A DNA stretch of 64,000 nt, from NCBI GenBank assembly GCA_964019335.1, contig OZ025761.1, positions 130,595 to 194,594 of the forward strand, in the 5' to 3' direction. Made by a program: the position numbers and the translations under genes. Each line of letters begins with the position of its first letter. Position 1 is the stretch's first letter. This DNA comes from Diplonema japonicum (taxonomy: Eukaryota; Protista; Euglenozoa: Diplonemea). Positions 1 through 10,212 of this stretch are shown here, one piece after another. The notes beneath the pieces were generated by a model that searched no databases, had not been told where the DNA came from, and was given only the letters and a program-made list of their open reading frames with translations.

Positions 1-330
1 ATCCACACCAGTAAGGGCATAGCGCCCCTCATCCCAGCTGCGTCAGTAGTTTCTGTCCACTCCCTACACACGTTGGGTTACTACAACAGCTCCGTAAGGG
101 GCTACTCCTCTAGACCGGTATTCGCCTCCCCGGCGACCCGCCACATCCTTGAGAAACAACTGTACAACTATTGTGTCCTTACCAACTCGGTTGAGGGTTT
201 TATACCTAAGGTACCGAGGAGGGTGAACGAGGGGCCGAAGGCCACACCACAGCAGAAAGGTTCGATCAAGAGATAGATTGAGACTCTTCAGGCGTCCTGC
301 CACATACCGCAGGTACCCTTAAATGTCTCT
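1..330 (+). mobile_element. 3' end of a non-LTR retrotransposon (ORF end plus 3' hairpin and T-tract), related to the family at 36479/59010
   Basis: Frame 1 reads ...APLIPAASVVSVHSLHTLG...YSSRPVFASP...QKGSIKR*. This parallels ...AFPAQSCKNVRSLRSIG...FDRRALFASG...QKGSIIR* at 37476. It is followed by the hairpin cctgc-cacatacc-gcagg, then cccttaaa and poly(T). Confidence 0.6.
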
Positions 331-694
331 TTTTTCTTTTTTTTTTTTTACCCCTAGTTTCTCAACTGCAAGTTTAAAAGCGTCCATTTTTGGAACCCCC
401 CCCCCCCCCCCTCTTTTTCTGAAGTTGTTTAAAGTGGGAAAGCCTATTTTTGGAACCCCCCTCTTTTACTGAATTTATGCAAAGTGAAAAAACCCATTTT
501 TGCCCCTAGGACTGAATTTTTTGGCTACTAGTAACACTCACTTTCCAATTTTATGGGGTGTTTTTTTTTCCTAACCTGGGCTGGGAAAGTTGTAGAAATT
601 TTTTTCTTTGGGAAAAAGTACTTAGAGAAATATTGAAAGTGTCAATTGGCCTCATTTTGGGGGGGTTTTTTTGAAACGATGCCATATATTATAG

Positions 695-1437
695 TGCGAC
701 ATGATCAGACTGGAACGGCCGCCCCGGGGCATCCTCTGCTCAACCGAGAGAAAGAAGACATAATTGCTGGTTTAAAGAAGGAGAGGACATGCTACAAGTG
801 GGCAGGGAAGACAGAAGCACCCCAAAAAGATGGAAGGGCTCAGCAGAAAAGAAGAGGTGATGATGGGGAAGTCCGGGCATCACGAGCTGTTGAAGAAAGA
901 CTTCAAGCAACGCATTTGCGAAGGATGCGGACCCGCAACAGAGAGAACGCTCAAACACCTCCTCCTGAAATGCCCTGCTACCAAAGCGGCCAGGGCTAAA
1001 CACTTCGACACCCTGACGCTAAAGCACATCCTTGGGAAAGACCCCTGAAAAGCGATCCTATTCCTTGAAGAGACCGAAAACCTACCCCCCAAACCACCAC
1101 AGCAACCGACTAACCCGCCGACGTAGCAAAGCCGATCAAGGCAGCTGAGCGAATTGAAAGAGTGAAAAAAAAAGAGCCCCCCCCCCCCCCCCCCCAAACC
1201 CACCCCAATATATTTGAAAAAAAAAAAAAAAAAAAAAGAAAAAAAAAATAAGAAGATGCTGAGGACCGGCACCCTCAGTAGCCTTCAAAAAAAAAAAAAA
1301 AAATGCCAAACAACCAGCAAAGCTTGTGGGTAGAGAACACCAGTATGGTCATGAGTACTCGGGCAACCGGGTGAGCGTCTCGAGACACTTCCAACCCACC
1401 TAGTGGGTACGGCCTTAGCAAGTCGAAAAGGAAGTGG

Positions 1438-1472
<35 letters not shown>

Positions 1473-1590
1473 CCGGCGGACGTGGGAGGCCCTTCTTCGG
1501 AAGGTGCCAGTCGCTTGACCAGTGTCGTCGAATGCGCGCTATATTTTATAAGTTCGCATAACAATCGAAAGTAAAAGGACGTATACCAAG
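695..1590 (+). repeat. Structured non-coding repeat (copy of the 43434 element), split at 745/1471 by a LINE insertion
   Basis: 695-745 (tgcgacatgatcagactggaacggccgccccggggcatcctctgctcaacc) and 1471-1590 (cccggcggacgtgggaggcccttcttcggaag...) are contiguous at 43434-43607. Confidence 0.85.
746..1470 (+). mobile_element. 5'-truncated ingi/I-type LINE fragment (zinc-finger C-terminus, 3' UTR, poly(A))
   Basis: Encodes EGLSRKEEVMMGKSGHHELLK..CEGCGPATERTLKHLLLKC. The 3' UTR is nearly identical to 27765-27983 and ends gaagtggaattt(A)n. Confidence 0.85.
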
Positions 1591-1941
1591 GGGTTGGCCC
1601 AGAATGTCAGTTTTCTTTTTTTCTTTTCTTTTCTTTTCTTTTTTTAAGGTGGTGGGTCATTTGTTGGGGAGGGTCATTTGTTGACATTCTTTGCCTTAGC
1701 AAGCAAAAAGAAGTGGAATTTAAAAAAAAAAAGGAAAAAGTGAGAGCGAGCACCCCATGCACACTGAAACTTTATCGAATTTCTTTTTGAATACTCAATT
1801 TCCCCCCTTGTAGACATTGTTTATAGGGCATGTGACCCTCCCCCAAAAAGGAGATACTCTCACTTTGTTTCTATTAAAGATCTATGACTTGGTCCAACTG
1901 TCACCTCTATCACAGGAACAGCTTTTTACAAAAGAAATAAA

Positions 1942-3009
1942 ATGAGCCTGACGGTGTTCATCAAGATAGAGAACAAGGAGACGCACGAGGTGGAGCTGGG
2001 AAGCCATGACACGGTGAAGGACCTGTACAGGAAGGCGGGGGAGGCTGCTGGGGTGGAGGAGAAGACTTTTCTTTTACACTTCGAAGGTGAGGAACTGGAC
2101 GAGACTCTCGGTGGGAATGAGATACAGCACCTTGGGATGTGGGAGGGGTGCGAGCTCCTTCTCTGCTGCAATGTCCGCAACACGATGTGTGTCCTTTCAC
2201 AGGAGCTGTCTTCAGAAGAGACAAGGAAGGCAATAGAACGGCGTTTGGAGGAGGACCCTGACCTTCTTCTTCAGGTGGAAGTATCGGGTGTGGGCTCGTG
2301 TTTTTGGCTGTGTGAAGAGGACTTCCCTTCTGGCCTTCGTCATCTCAAAGTGACGGACCCTGGGCAGTGTGTGACCTCCATTGGCGATTGCTTCTTGGCT
2401 GAGTGCGTGTCCCTTGTCACCCTTGATCTCACCTCCCTGCGGGGTGTTCAGAGAGTCAAAGATTCTTTTCTTTTCGGATGCAGGTCGTTGCAGGCTGTTG
2501 ACCTTACCCCCTTTTGCAACATCAAAAAAATCGAATATCGCTTCCTCAATTACTGCGAATCCCTGACAGAGTTGGATCTGGGACCCCTTCAGAACGTGAC
2601 GGAGGTGGATTTCTGTTTCATGTCAAATTGCACGTCTCTGCAGACCCTTGATGTGGGTCCCCTTCGAAATGTCACGGTGATTGATGGCCAGTTTCTCAGC
2701 TCTTGCAGTTCCCTCACTTCTGTGGATCTTGGCCTTCCTCATGTGGTGTTGGTGGGCGACAACTTCCTCGGTGATTGCAGCTCTCTCACTTCTGTTGACC
2801 TCAGCGCGATGCGGAACTTGTCGCGGTTGGGATATGATTTTCTTTCCGGCTGCAGTTCTCTGACCACTGTTGACTTCGGGTATCTGAGGGAGAGGGTCAA
2901 AGTTGTTAAAAATGGCTACATGGCCCACTGCGACAATGTCCCTTTGGAGGAACGCAGGAAGCCATCGCCAGTCACACCCCGGCGCAAGAAGTGTTGTTTT
3001 GTGTGCTGA
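1942..3009 (+). CDS. Ubiquitin-like domain + leucine-rich repeat (BspA/TpLRR-like) protein with C-terminal CaaX (copy 1)
   Basis: N-terminus MSLTVFIK..THEVEL..DTVKDL..LLHFEGEEL fits a ubiquitin fold. Repeats of type LxxLDLxxLxNVxxIGxxFLxxCxSL follow. Ends RRKKCCFVC. Confidence 0.85.
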   Translation: MSLTVFIKIENKETHEVELGSHDTVKDLYRKAGEAAGVEEKTFLLHFEGEELDETLGGNEIQHLGMWEGCELLLCCNVRNTMCVLSQELSSEETRKAIERRLEEDPDLLLQVEVSGVGSCFWLCEEDFPSGLRHLKVTDPGQCVTSIGDCFLAECVSLVTLDLTSLRGVQRVKDSFLFGCRSLQAVDLTPFCNIKKIEYRFLNYCESLTELDLGPLQNVTEVDFCFMSNCTSLQTLDVGPLRNVTVIDGQFLSSCSSLTSVDLGLPHVVLVGDNFLGDCSSLTSVDLSAMRNLSRLGYDFLSGCSSLTTVDFGYLRERVKVVKNGYMAHCDNVPLEERRKPSPVTPRRKKCCFVC

Positions 3010-3091
3010 CCCCTCTCGTGGTGTGCGGGGAACCTTCCAGTATTTGAGAACTTGTGGAATGACACACTCGTTCCCTTTCTGTGTGTGTGCT

Positions 3092-3238
3092 TTTTTTGTT
3101 ACATATATTTATCTTTCAAAAAATGATTTTATAACTATATGCAACTTGTGCCGAGCATAAAACTTTCGCAGCTTTTTGTTAAAAACCTTTTTTGCTCGTG
3201 CGAACAACAAAGACATATAGTCATAAAGAATTATTTTA
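3092..3238 (+). repeat. Solo copy of the VIPER-like element terminal repeat (SIRE-like)
   Basis: Reverse complement of 7128-7273 and 10241-10360; near-identical to 40475-40623. Confidence 0.8.
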
Positions 3239-3738
3239 CTAGACTGTGGGAACAAACCCTGGGTCGAACGCGGACACAGTATTAACAGATAGACCCCCCC
3301 CTACCCCCCCTCCCATAGGGCGGCCCTCTAGCGCTGCTGTCCTGTACTTTGAGTTTTCTTTTTCTTTTTCTTTCTTTTTTTTTGAAACACTTCTATTGCT
3401 GATTTCGTCCTGCCTCTTTTTGCAGCCTGTCACAAGGTGGCTCAGGGTGCGGTGTTTCACTACACAGCAGCATTGGCTTTCGGCTTTCGGCTTTCTGCTT
3501 TCGTACCATTACCTAGCTTTTGCCTTTGTGCTTCTTCACTCCGTTATCTCGCACCCCTCTGTTTTTCTACCTTGATAAGGATCTCGCTTCCCTGCTTAAT
3601 CTAAAGGGGGCGTCGTTCGTCATAACCACCAACATCACATCCCCAAAGGGCACGGTCCAGGAGTATTCTCAAGGGAAAGGGGGACAACCAATACCACCTT
3701 TACGTCTACGGAGACGTCGCATGGTGTTGCGTGGGGAT

Positions 3739-3784
<46 letters not shown>

Positions 3785-3849
3785 AAATACCATCACAGGA
3801 ACAGCTTCTTGCAACTGTATCTTTTCACACACCCCTTTTTTTTTTGAAA

Positions 3850-6534
3850 ATGCTCACCAACGACCATGAGGTGTGTCTTGTGACACTTAGAAAGGGCGGC
3901 GACCCCATCGTAGGCGCCGTGAACATGCTGCACAAGTACGGGAGCCAGGTGAACATCTGGAGGCACAGCGAACCTGTGCCTTCCAGCGACGTTGCGACAA
4001 TTAAAGTACTTGACAACAAAGCAAAGCAGTGGGTGAACAGTGTAGGAAAGTACAACTTCTACCGAAACATACAACTTGGCAGTGGCGGGCAGGGTGGGGT
4101 GTACCTCGGCAGGCATTCAGAAACCAGGACATTTGTTGCGGTAAAAGAACTCGAAGGAAAAGGGAGGGAGTGCGAGCACGAAGCCCTCGCCGCCTTCGTG
4201 AACCACGAAAACGTCATCAAGCTGCTGACACATTCTGGGAAGATCTTCGTTCTGGAGCTTCTCGAGACAAACCTTACACAGATCCCCATCACGACCTTCC
4301 AGCACGTCTTTGACTTCACACTACAAATACTGCGCGGGCTTAAGGCCATCCACGAAAAGGGGTTAGCACATCGTGACATGAAGCCAGCAAACATTATGTA
4401 CAAGGAAGGCGTGCTTAAGATATCTGACTTCGGTGCAGCCACCAACGACCTGACTGGCATTAACACCGTTATCTCCACACCGAAGTACGAGCCTCCTGAA
4501 TTGGGACCACGCATGGACCACCAGAAGGGTGATGTGTTCAGCACAGGGGTCATCATCGCCGATATGATCGCTGACTGCAAGCAGGATACGATCCCGTTTA
4601 CCCTGGACCGCCTGTGCACCCTCATGACCCAGCGCGATCCCGAAGCAAGGCCCAACGTGGGATCGGCCATCGAAATCCTGCAGCAGCAGCGCCTGTGGAA
4701 GGTCGACGATATCATCCACGTGTACCTGCGACACACTGCCAGATGCCCTGGCGAACCGTTGGAACTAACTGGTAAGAAGCGGACAGTAGATTGCGACATG
4801 TCTGTCTGTACTGACATGGTGGAAGGAGACTACCGTGGGAGGTATTGGTTCACGCGAAATGGGTCAAACGCACCTGCGGTTCTCCTAGAATGCTCGGTGG
4901 AAGGTCCGAATAACGCTTTCACCGCTAGCAGCGTGGTCGGCACGATGAAGCTGGGGGAGAGGGTCAGCTGGGATGCAAAGAACACTGAAACGTTCGAGAA
5001 GCACTTCATGCCAGCACCGCAGAGGCTTGTCGAACAGCACAAAGAGAACAGCACCACGTACCCACGGAGGGATAAGAGAGAAGTGGAACCCAACGTTGTT
5101 TCAGCGGCCACCTTTGTCGCCTTCATCACGGAGCCCGTCAGCATTACTGAAGGCAAAGAATACAAACTATACCCCTGGGGTGCTGTGGTGCTTCTTTACG
5201 GGAGCTTGAAAGCCTCTACCACCTACGACTGTTGCTACCCCTTCAAGGAGCCGCAATTCTTATCAAAGGGACAGTTCAGCCCATTCGACCAGCTTGTCAG
5301 TACGGCACACTCCCAACACATGTTACGAGTGCCCATGGACTTGCATGTGTACAACCCTCTGTGGTCCGAGCTGGAAAAAAGGGAATGGAAGGTTCCGCAC
5401 CACAAAGCCGCAGCCCTGCTCGATCACGTGGAACGCGGGGGCACAATGAGCAACGACGGTCTCTTCGAAGGTACAGAAGCAGGTCTATGGGACACCATCG
5501 AGAAGGAGGAAGGGATGACGGAGCTCCTGTCTGACGAAAAAACAGCGCAGTTCCTCCTCCCGCACTTGGTACTGAGCGGTTTGCGCAAGGCAACGAAAAA
5601 ACGCACACCGGGGGCAGAGAGCACACCCGATGCAATGCAGTACATGAAGAGCGTAGAGCACATAGCAAAAGGGAAGAAGCAGGGGATAGCAGCTCCGGAC
5701 AAGCTCGACTATCTTAGTTGGAATACGTTGTACACAAAGGTCACGTCGCTGTGCGAGTACCTCCAAGCTCCCATTATGAACGAGATGAGAGGTGAGATGA
5801 TGATGCCAACAGGACTGCCTGTACACGAGAACGACATCGAGGTAGAAACCATATGCGACGGTTGGAAGACGGTGACGGTCAGAAAAACTGGGCAAAAGAT
5901 GGACTTCAGAATGGCGGAGGGGGATGTACAGAGCAGGGTGAAGAAACACGTGATGATGAGCCACTTTATCGCATACATGCAGACCGTGCTGGCGTGGCAC
6001 GGGCTGGACATAGGGTTCGTGCCGAACCTTGCCGTTCCAGTTATCACAAGTGGGTTCTATTTGTTCGTACCGGTTTTGGTAGAGCAGAAGGTGCAATCTT
6101 GCGACCATTTGCCGAATGCAGTGCACGCATTAGCTGGGCTTGCTGTGCTGGACCTGCTAGGGTTCGGGGAGTGGGGTAACTTTTTACATGTGACCTCTGA
6201 CCACAGATTGATCTTCCGTCCAGCAATCTCGGAGAACAGTGTTGAGCTCAAGTACAAGCTGCTGAAGACTGTCAACTCTCTAGAGTCGCTGCACCGTGTA
6301 AAGGCACTCGCCTTCTTGGCGGTCAAGATACTCAGCACCTACAACATGTTCAAGAGTTACGTCAAAGCAGCCTCCGGTTCAAGCCTTGCCCTACCCCCTC
6401 ACGACGCCGGCATTAAAACACAGATCTCCACCTTCATCAACAGGAGCGTCCAGGAAGCCAGCGAACGGCCCGCAGCAGCGCACAGTCCTACCAATGTAAA
6501 GAAGTCTGGGGGGTGGCTTTCCTTGTGGAACTAG
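3850..6534 (+). CDS. Ser/Thr protein kinase with a C-terminal degenerate PI3K/PI4K-like domain
   Basis: Kinase motifs GSGGQGGV, VAVK, HRDMKPAN, DFG, TPKYEPPE and DVFSTG are present. The C-terminal QFLLPHLV and AGLAVLDLLGFGEWGNFLHVTSDHRLIF resemble PIK helical and catalytic segments. The start is set at ATG 3850 because the upstream ORF extension runs through poly(A). Confidence 0.85.
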   Translation: MLTNDHEVCLVTLRKGGDPIVGAVNMLHKYGSQVNIWRHSEPVPSSDVATIKVLDNKAKQWVNSVGKYNFYRNIQLGSGGQGGVYLGRHSETRTFVAVKELEGKGRECEHEALAAFVNHENVIKLLTHSGKIFVLELLETNLTQIPITTFQHVFDFTLQILRGLKAIHEKGLAHRDMKPANIMYKEGVLKISDFGAATNDLTGINTVISTPKYEPPELGPRMDHQKGDVFSTGVIIADMIADCKQDTIPFTLDRLCTLMTQRDPEARPNVGSAIEILQQQRLWKVDDIIHVYLRHTARCPGEPLELTGKKRTVDCDMSVCTDMVEGDYRGRYWFTRNGSNAPAVLLECSVEGPNNAFTASSVVGTMKLGERVSWDAKNTETFEKHFMPAPQRLVEQHKENSTTYPRRDKREVEPNVVSAATFVAFITEPVSITEGKEYKLYPWGAVVLLYGSLKASTTYDCCYPFKEPQFLSKGQFSPFDQLVSTAHSQHMLRVPMDLHVYNPLWSELEKREWKVPHHKAAALLDHVERGGTMSNDGLFEGTEAGLWDTIEKEEGMTELLSDEKTAQFLLPHLVLSGLRKATKKRTPGAESTPDAMQYMKSVEHIAKGKKQGIAAPDKLDYLSWNTLYTKVTSLCEYLQAPIMNEMRGEMMMPTGLPVHENDIEVETICDGWKTVTVRKTGQKMDFRMAEGDVQSRVKKHVMMSHFIAYMQTVLAWHGLDIGFVPNLAVPVITSGFYLFVPVLVEQKVQSCDHLPNAVHALAGLAVLDLLGFGEWGNFLHVTSDHRLIFRPAISENSVELKYKLLKTVNSLESLHRVKALAFLAVKILSTYNMFKSYVKAASGSSLALPPHDAGIKTQISTFINRSVQEASERPAAAHSPTNVKKSGGWLSLWN

Positions 6535-7337
6535 AAAGAACTAAGAAGGAAAAATAAAGTGTTTTTTTGGGGGGGGTAAAACGGTACAAGGTACACGAGC
6601 ATATAACCCACAAGAGAGGTTGTGTGTTCCTCAAGTGAGTTACTTTTGGGTCTAGCCCGTTCTCTTTCTTTTTTTCTTTTATCTTAGGGGGCAGCAGGGA
6701 TCAAGGTCTTCGGGTCTCAGGTGTGTGACGGCACCTCCCCTTACGCGAGTCAAGGTGATTAACAGAGGAAGGCAAGGGTGAACTCAAATGATGTGTTTTC
6801 CGATGCTTTTCCAGGTGGGCAGTGCAGGACCTGTTCACTCCCAAGAACCCCCCCCCCCCCCCCCCCCCCCCAAGAAATACTTCTTTTTTTTCATGTTTTA
6901 AAAAACATATGCACTTTTTTTCAGGGGCTCCTGGACCGTCCTCGTTATTACCCCGAGCCTCCCAGGAACCTTCTTCCCTGTGCAACTCTCTGTTCACGAT
7001 GCGGTCGTCGAAATCCTGCACCGTGCGTGGCTGGGCGGTAGCGAGGGGCTCGTCATATTCACCACAAAAAAAAAAAACAAAAAAAAAAAAAAAACAGCGT
7101 CTTGTTGTCGTCCTTCGCCCAAAGTACTTTTTTGTTGTTCGCATGAGCAAAAAAGGTTTTTTAAAAAGCTGCGAAAGTTTTTTGCTCGGCACAAGTTGCA
7201 TATAGTTATAAAATCATTTTTTGAAAGATAAATATTTGTAACAAAAATAATTCTTTATGTCTTTGTTGTTCGCTTCAGGACCCTCTGGGACCGCGGAACG
7301 CAGTGCCGTAACGGCGGGGCCGTGGAGGCGTCTCACA

Positions 7338-8308
7338 CTACAGGAAGTGGCCTGATCTTGCCCCCGGGTGCGTAACGCCCCGCGTGAATGGGTCTGCCTT
7401 CTGCTCGTGTGTGGAAACCCACTGGGCGTGGAGATTTGCCTGACGCTCCTCTACGAGAGTGTATATGTCAGCAATTATCTTATTTCCCATGAAGCCGAAC
7501 TCCTGGTTTGGCACGCCCGCACCAGCCTCGTCGAAGTGCAGGTCCACCCCGACCTTCTCGCACCTCTGCAAAAAGCAACCGAACCTCCCGAGAGCTGCCT
7601 CGCGGCTCTGTGCTAGGACGAAGAAGTTGTCAATCCAGCACACACCCTGCTCCTCCGGCAGCAACACCGCGGTCCTCTGCGCGATAGCTGGCGCCCAACT
7701 CCACCCCATCGCCATCACGTCCATCACCACGGTGCTGAACTGAAACTCTCGCCCCGAAGAACTTCGCTACCGCGGGTGACAGCGGGAAATGGTAAAACCA
7801 ACTCCTCGCATCTGCCGTCACAACATACCTTGCGCGTAGGAAGCGCTCGATCACCTCCAAGATCGGCGGCAAAAACATCTGGGGGGGTGGCTTCATCAAG
7901 AGGTTCAGCTTCCTGCCGTCCTGAACCAGACGGAGATCTCCCGACTTCTTTGGCACGGTGAACAGGGGGAGGATGACCTCCGGGTGGCGCGTCGGGAGGT
8001 GGCGAAGCATGCCCCGCGATGTGCCCCTCAAGTACCTCGGAGCCTCCATCTCTGTCAATGCCCCTTCCTTCAGCGCACCCAGCATGTTCACAGCAGATGA
8101 CATCGACGACACCGTCAAGGATCCCACGCTCGTCCAACTCTTTGAGGGCAGGGACACTGATCCTGCTTCTCGATATCGCCGCGATGTCGCCGTCTGAACC
8201 CCGCTGGGCGGGGCGAGACACCAAACAAACGCGGTTCTGCGTCATATCCAATGAAGGGATCAGCCGAGGGGAAAGTCTCGAAACCGTCCAAAGGGTCGTA
8301 GTCAGCAC
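7338..8308 (-). pseudogene. Reverse transcriptase / RNase H of the YR retrotransposon (frameshifted, internally deleted)
   Basis: Motifs LFTVPKKSGDLRLVQDGRKLN, ADARSWFYHF, MGWSWAP, WIDNFFV and the RNase H tail WVSTHEQKADPFTR are spread over several frames. Confidence 0.85.
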
Positions 8309-8353
8309 CCTGGCTGACCTTGGCGGAACTGCGGAAAAAAGAAAAACGGAATT

Positions 8354-9331
8354 TCACCTGAGCAAAGAAGAAGTCTTTGCAGTCGCCCTCACTGTGTGTA
8401 CCTCGGCCTGGGGGAGGTACCGCATCAATGCCGTCGTCGATGAGTGACGGGAGACAGCCCTCAATTCTTCCAGCGCAGCCCCCCTGCGCATTAGCGTGTG
8501 GAGCGCGCCCCTGCGGATGGAGTGGGCCGTGAGGCCTTTCGAAGCTTTGCCCATTGCTCTGTTCACGTGGGGGTATTTCACACCTTCGAACAGGAGGTCG
8601 TCCGGCCCAGCCTCCAGCAGCGTGCGTCCGATGTAAAGTCTGGCCCTCTCCGAGACGGCCACCCCCGTCGTGATGCCCAGTCGAAAAGGGTCCGACTTGG
8701 TGTTGGACCAGTTCACGGCGATGTGTCCCGGCATGACCGTCACGTCCTTGCACTTCAGGCGGATGACATCCGAGCACCTGGCCGCCCCATACCAGGCGAG
8801 TTCGAGGACGGTTCGAACCTTCTCGCTCGATGTCTTGCGCATTGCCCTCCGAAGCTGTATGGGAGTAGCAGGAATCGCCTGCTTCTGTGGCCGCAAAGCC
8901 CCTTGGCGCCGGAGGCTGCGTTCGAAATCTCGGAGCGCTCTGCTCTGAACGGGGCCCTGTCCATACCTGGCTTCGGCTGCCCTGATGTTCACGCAGTACT
9001 GTAGCGCCGACTGCACCTTCAGGTCGTTCAGTGTCATCAACTTGGTGACGAAAAGGATGATGGCCCAAGGAGTGGAGGGGACGTCCCAGTGCTTCCTGAA
9101 CTCCAGGAAACGTCTGTAGACCGACGTGATGCTGGCCCAGTACTGCTCGCTGAGGGCGCTCCTCATGTGCCGGCCGGCTTCCCGCGAGACCTGAGCGGGA
9201 ATTCGGTGACTTTCGGCCTTCCTAACAACATTGTTTGTTTGTCGAGAGGGAGAGAGAGGAAGAAAATGTGAGTTTGGATAAGGGGCGTGGGGTACGTGGG
9301 GTGCAGGGGGAGAGGCTGTCAACGCTGTCAT
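8354..9331 (-). CDS. Tyrosine recombinase (integrase) of the retrotransposon, ~325 aa
   Basis: Catalytic R-K-HxxR-H-Y set is intact: AARCSD, TKSD, HSIRR, RHSS, MRYL. The likely start ATG 9331 overlaps the ORF1 stop. Confidence 0.9.
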   Translation of the reverse strand: MTALTASPPAPHVPHAPYPNSHFLPLSPSRQTNNVVRKAESHRIPAQVSREAGRHMRSALSEQYWASITSVYRRFLEFRKHWDVPSTPWAIILFVTKLMTLNDLKVQSALQYCVNIRAAEARYGQGPVQSRALRDFERSLRRQGALRPQKQAIPATPIQLRRAMRKTSSEKVRTVLELAWYGAARCSDVIRLKCKDVTVMPGHIAVNWSNTKSDPFRLGITTGVAVSERARLYIGRTLLEAGPDDLLFEGVKYPHVNRAMGKASKGLTAHSIRRGALHTLMRRGAALEELRAVSRHSSTTALMRYLPQAEVHTVRATAKTSSLLR

Positions 9332-10212
9332 TTCCTGCGCCGATCCCTCGATCCAGACCTGCCTCCTCTGCGGGATCTGCCCTCGTTCTCCCCGGACGCC
9401 CTGCCTTCCCTGCGGCTTTTGCCTCCCCTCGTTGTAGCGCTGTCCGTGAGCTTTCGCTTCCTGCGTCGACGGGTGAGCTCTTCGGCCAGGCGTTCTCCCT
9501 TTCTCAAAAAAGTAGGGACCGACTGCCCGTCGAACGCCTGCTGGATCGCGTCGGCGGCCTCCCAGTTGTCCCTGCTGCCCCTCTCTAGGGCCTGCAGGCG
9601 GACGATGGCTCGCTCGGCGAGGCGGACAAGCGTTGAGTTTAGCTCCACCGGGTCTTGACAGCCAATGGCCATTACGATCTCCTGCAGGTCCTTGACCCGC
9701 ATGCCTGCCTCCCAAGCGTGGGGCCCGACGGTCAGCTGCCTGAACTGCATGGCGATGTTGGCCACCACCATGGGGCGCTCGCCCGGCTCTAACCACGCCC
9801 ACTTCGACGGCTCTAAGGCTTGCAGACCCCATAGCGGTGGGGGAGCCTGAGTGTCGGGGTTGTCCTGTGGTGAGTCGTCGGCGCTTGGCTCGTCGCGAAA
9901 ACCCTCCGAGTCCGCGGAAGACTGCGAGGCTAGGCGTCTGCGCCTTCCGTCGCGAATTCCGGGGAGGTTGACCCCAGTCGTACCCTCGGCGCTTGGCCCT
10001 CGATCAGCTCGGTCGGCTGAGAGTTCCAGCCGATGTCCCGACCCAAGGTGCGAACTCTCCACCCGGTCCCTAACCGTGGGGAGCAGCTCGGAGATAGCCC
10101 TTTGAACGGCCTGCTCGACGAGCCGGTCGACCCTGGTTCTCTTAGGGGTCGCCTCACTCCGGCCTGGCGTCTGGCACGGAGGCGGGGAGGTGGGATCCAA
10201 CCCTCTCTCCAC
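9328..10212 (-). CDS. ORF1 (gag-like) of the YR retrotransposon
   Basis: Open 294-codon frame upstream of the recombinase, with a helical core and Arg-rich basic C-terminus. The gag call rests on position only and the start is uncertain. Confidence 0.55.
   Translation of the reverse strand: MERGLDPTSPPPCQTPGRSEATPKRTRVDRLVEQAVQRAISELLPTVRDRVESSHLGSGHRLELSADRADRGPSAEGTTGVNLPGIRDGRRRRLASQSSADSEGFRDEPSADDSPQDNPDTQAPPPLWGLQALEPSKWAWLEPGERPMVVANIAMQFRQLTVGPHAWEAGMRVKDLQEIVMAIGCQDPVELNSTLVRLAERAIVRLQALERGSRDNWEAADAIQQAFDGQSVPTFLRKGERLAEELTRRRRKRKLTDSATTRGGKSRREGRASGENEGRSRRGGRSGSRDRRRK

Noticed and set aside
3520-3849. N-terminal extension of the 1004-aa kinase ORF
   Set aside because: It runs through a poly(A) tract (poly-Lys) and low-complexity sequence; ATG 3850 after an acceptor-like motif is more plausible.
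4059-6126. Long antisense ORFs opposite host genes (also 32057, 35517, 42477, 36457)
   Set aside because: Shadow frames of GC-rich coding sequence with no motifs.
7270-7340. HDV-like candidate on the minus strand at the VIPER 3' region (gcc-tccac-ggc ... gcgaa)
   Set aside because: L3 is too short, and no P1, P1.1 or P2 could be built.
9332-9832. N-terminal 167 aa of the 492-aa recombinase ORF
   Set aside because: It is the alternative frame of ORF1 with no recombinase-like content.
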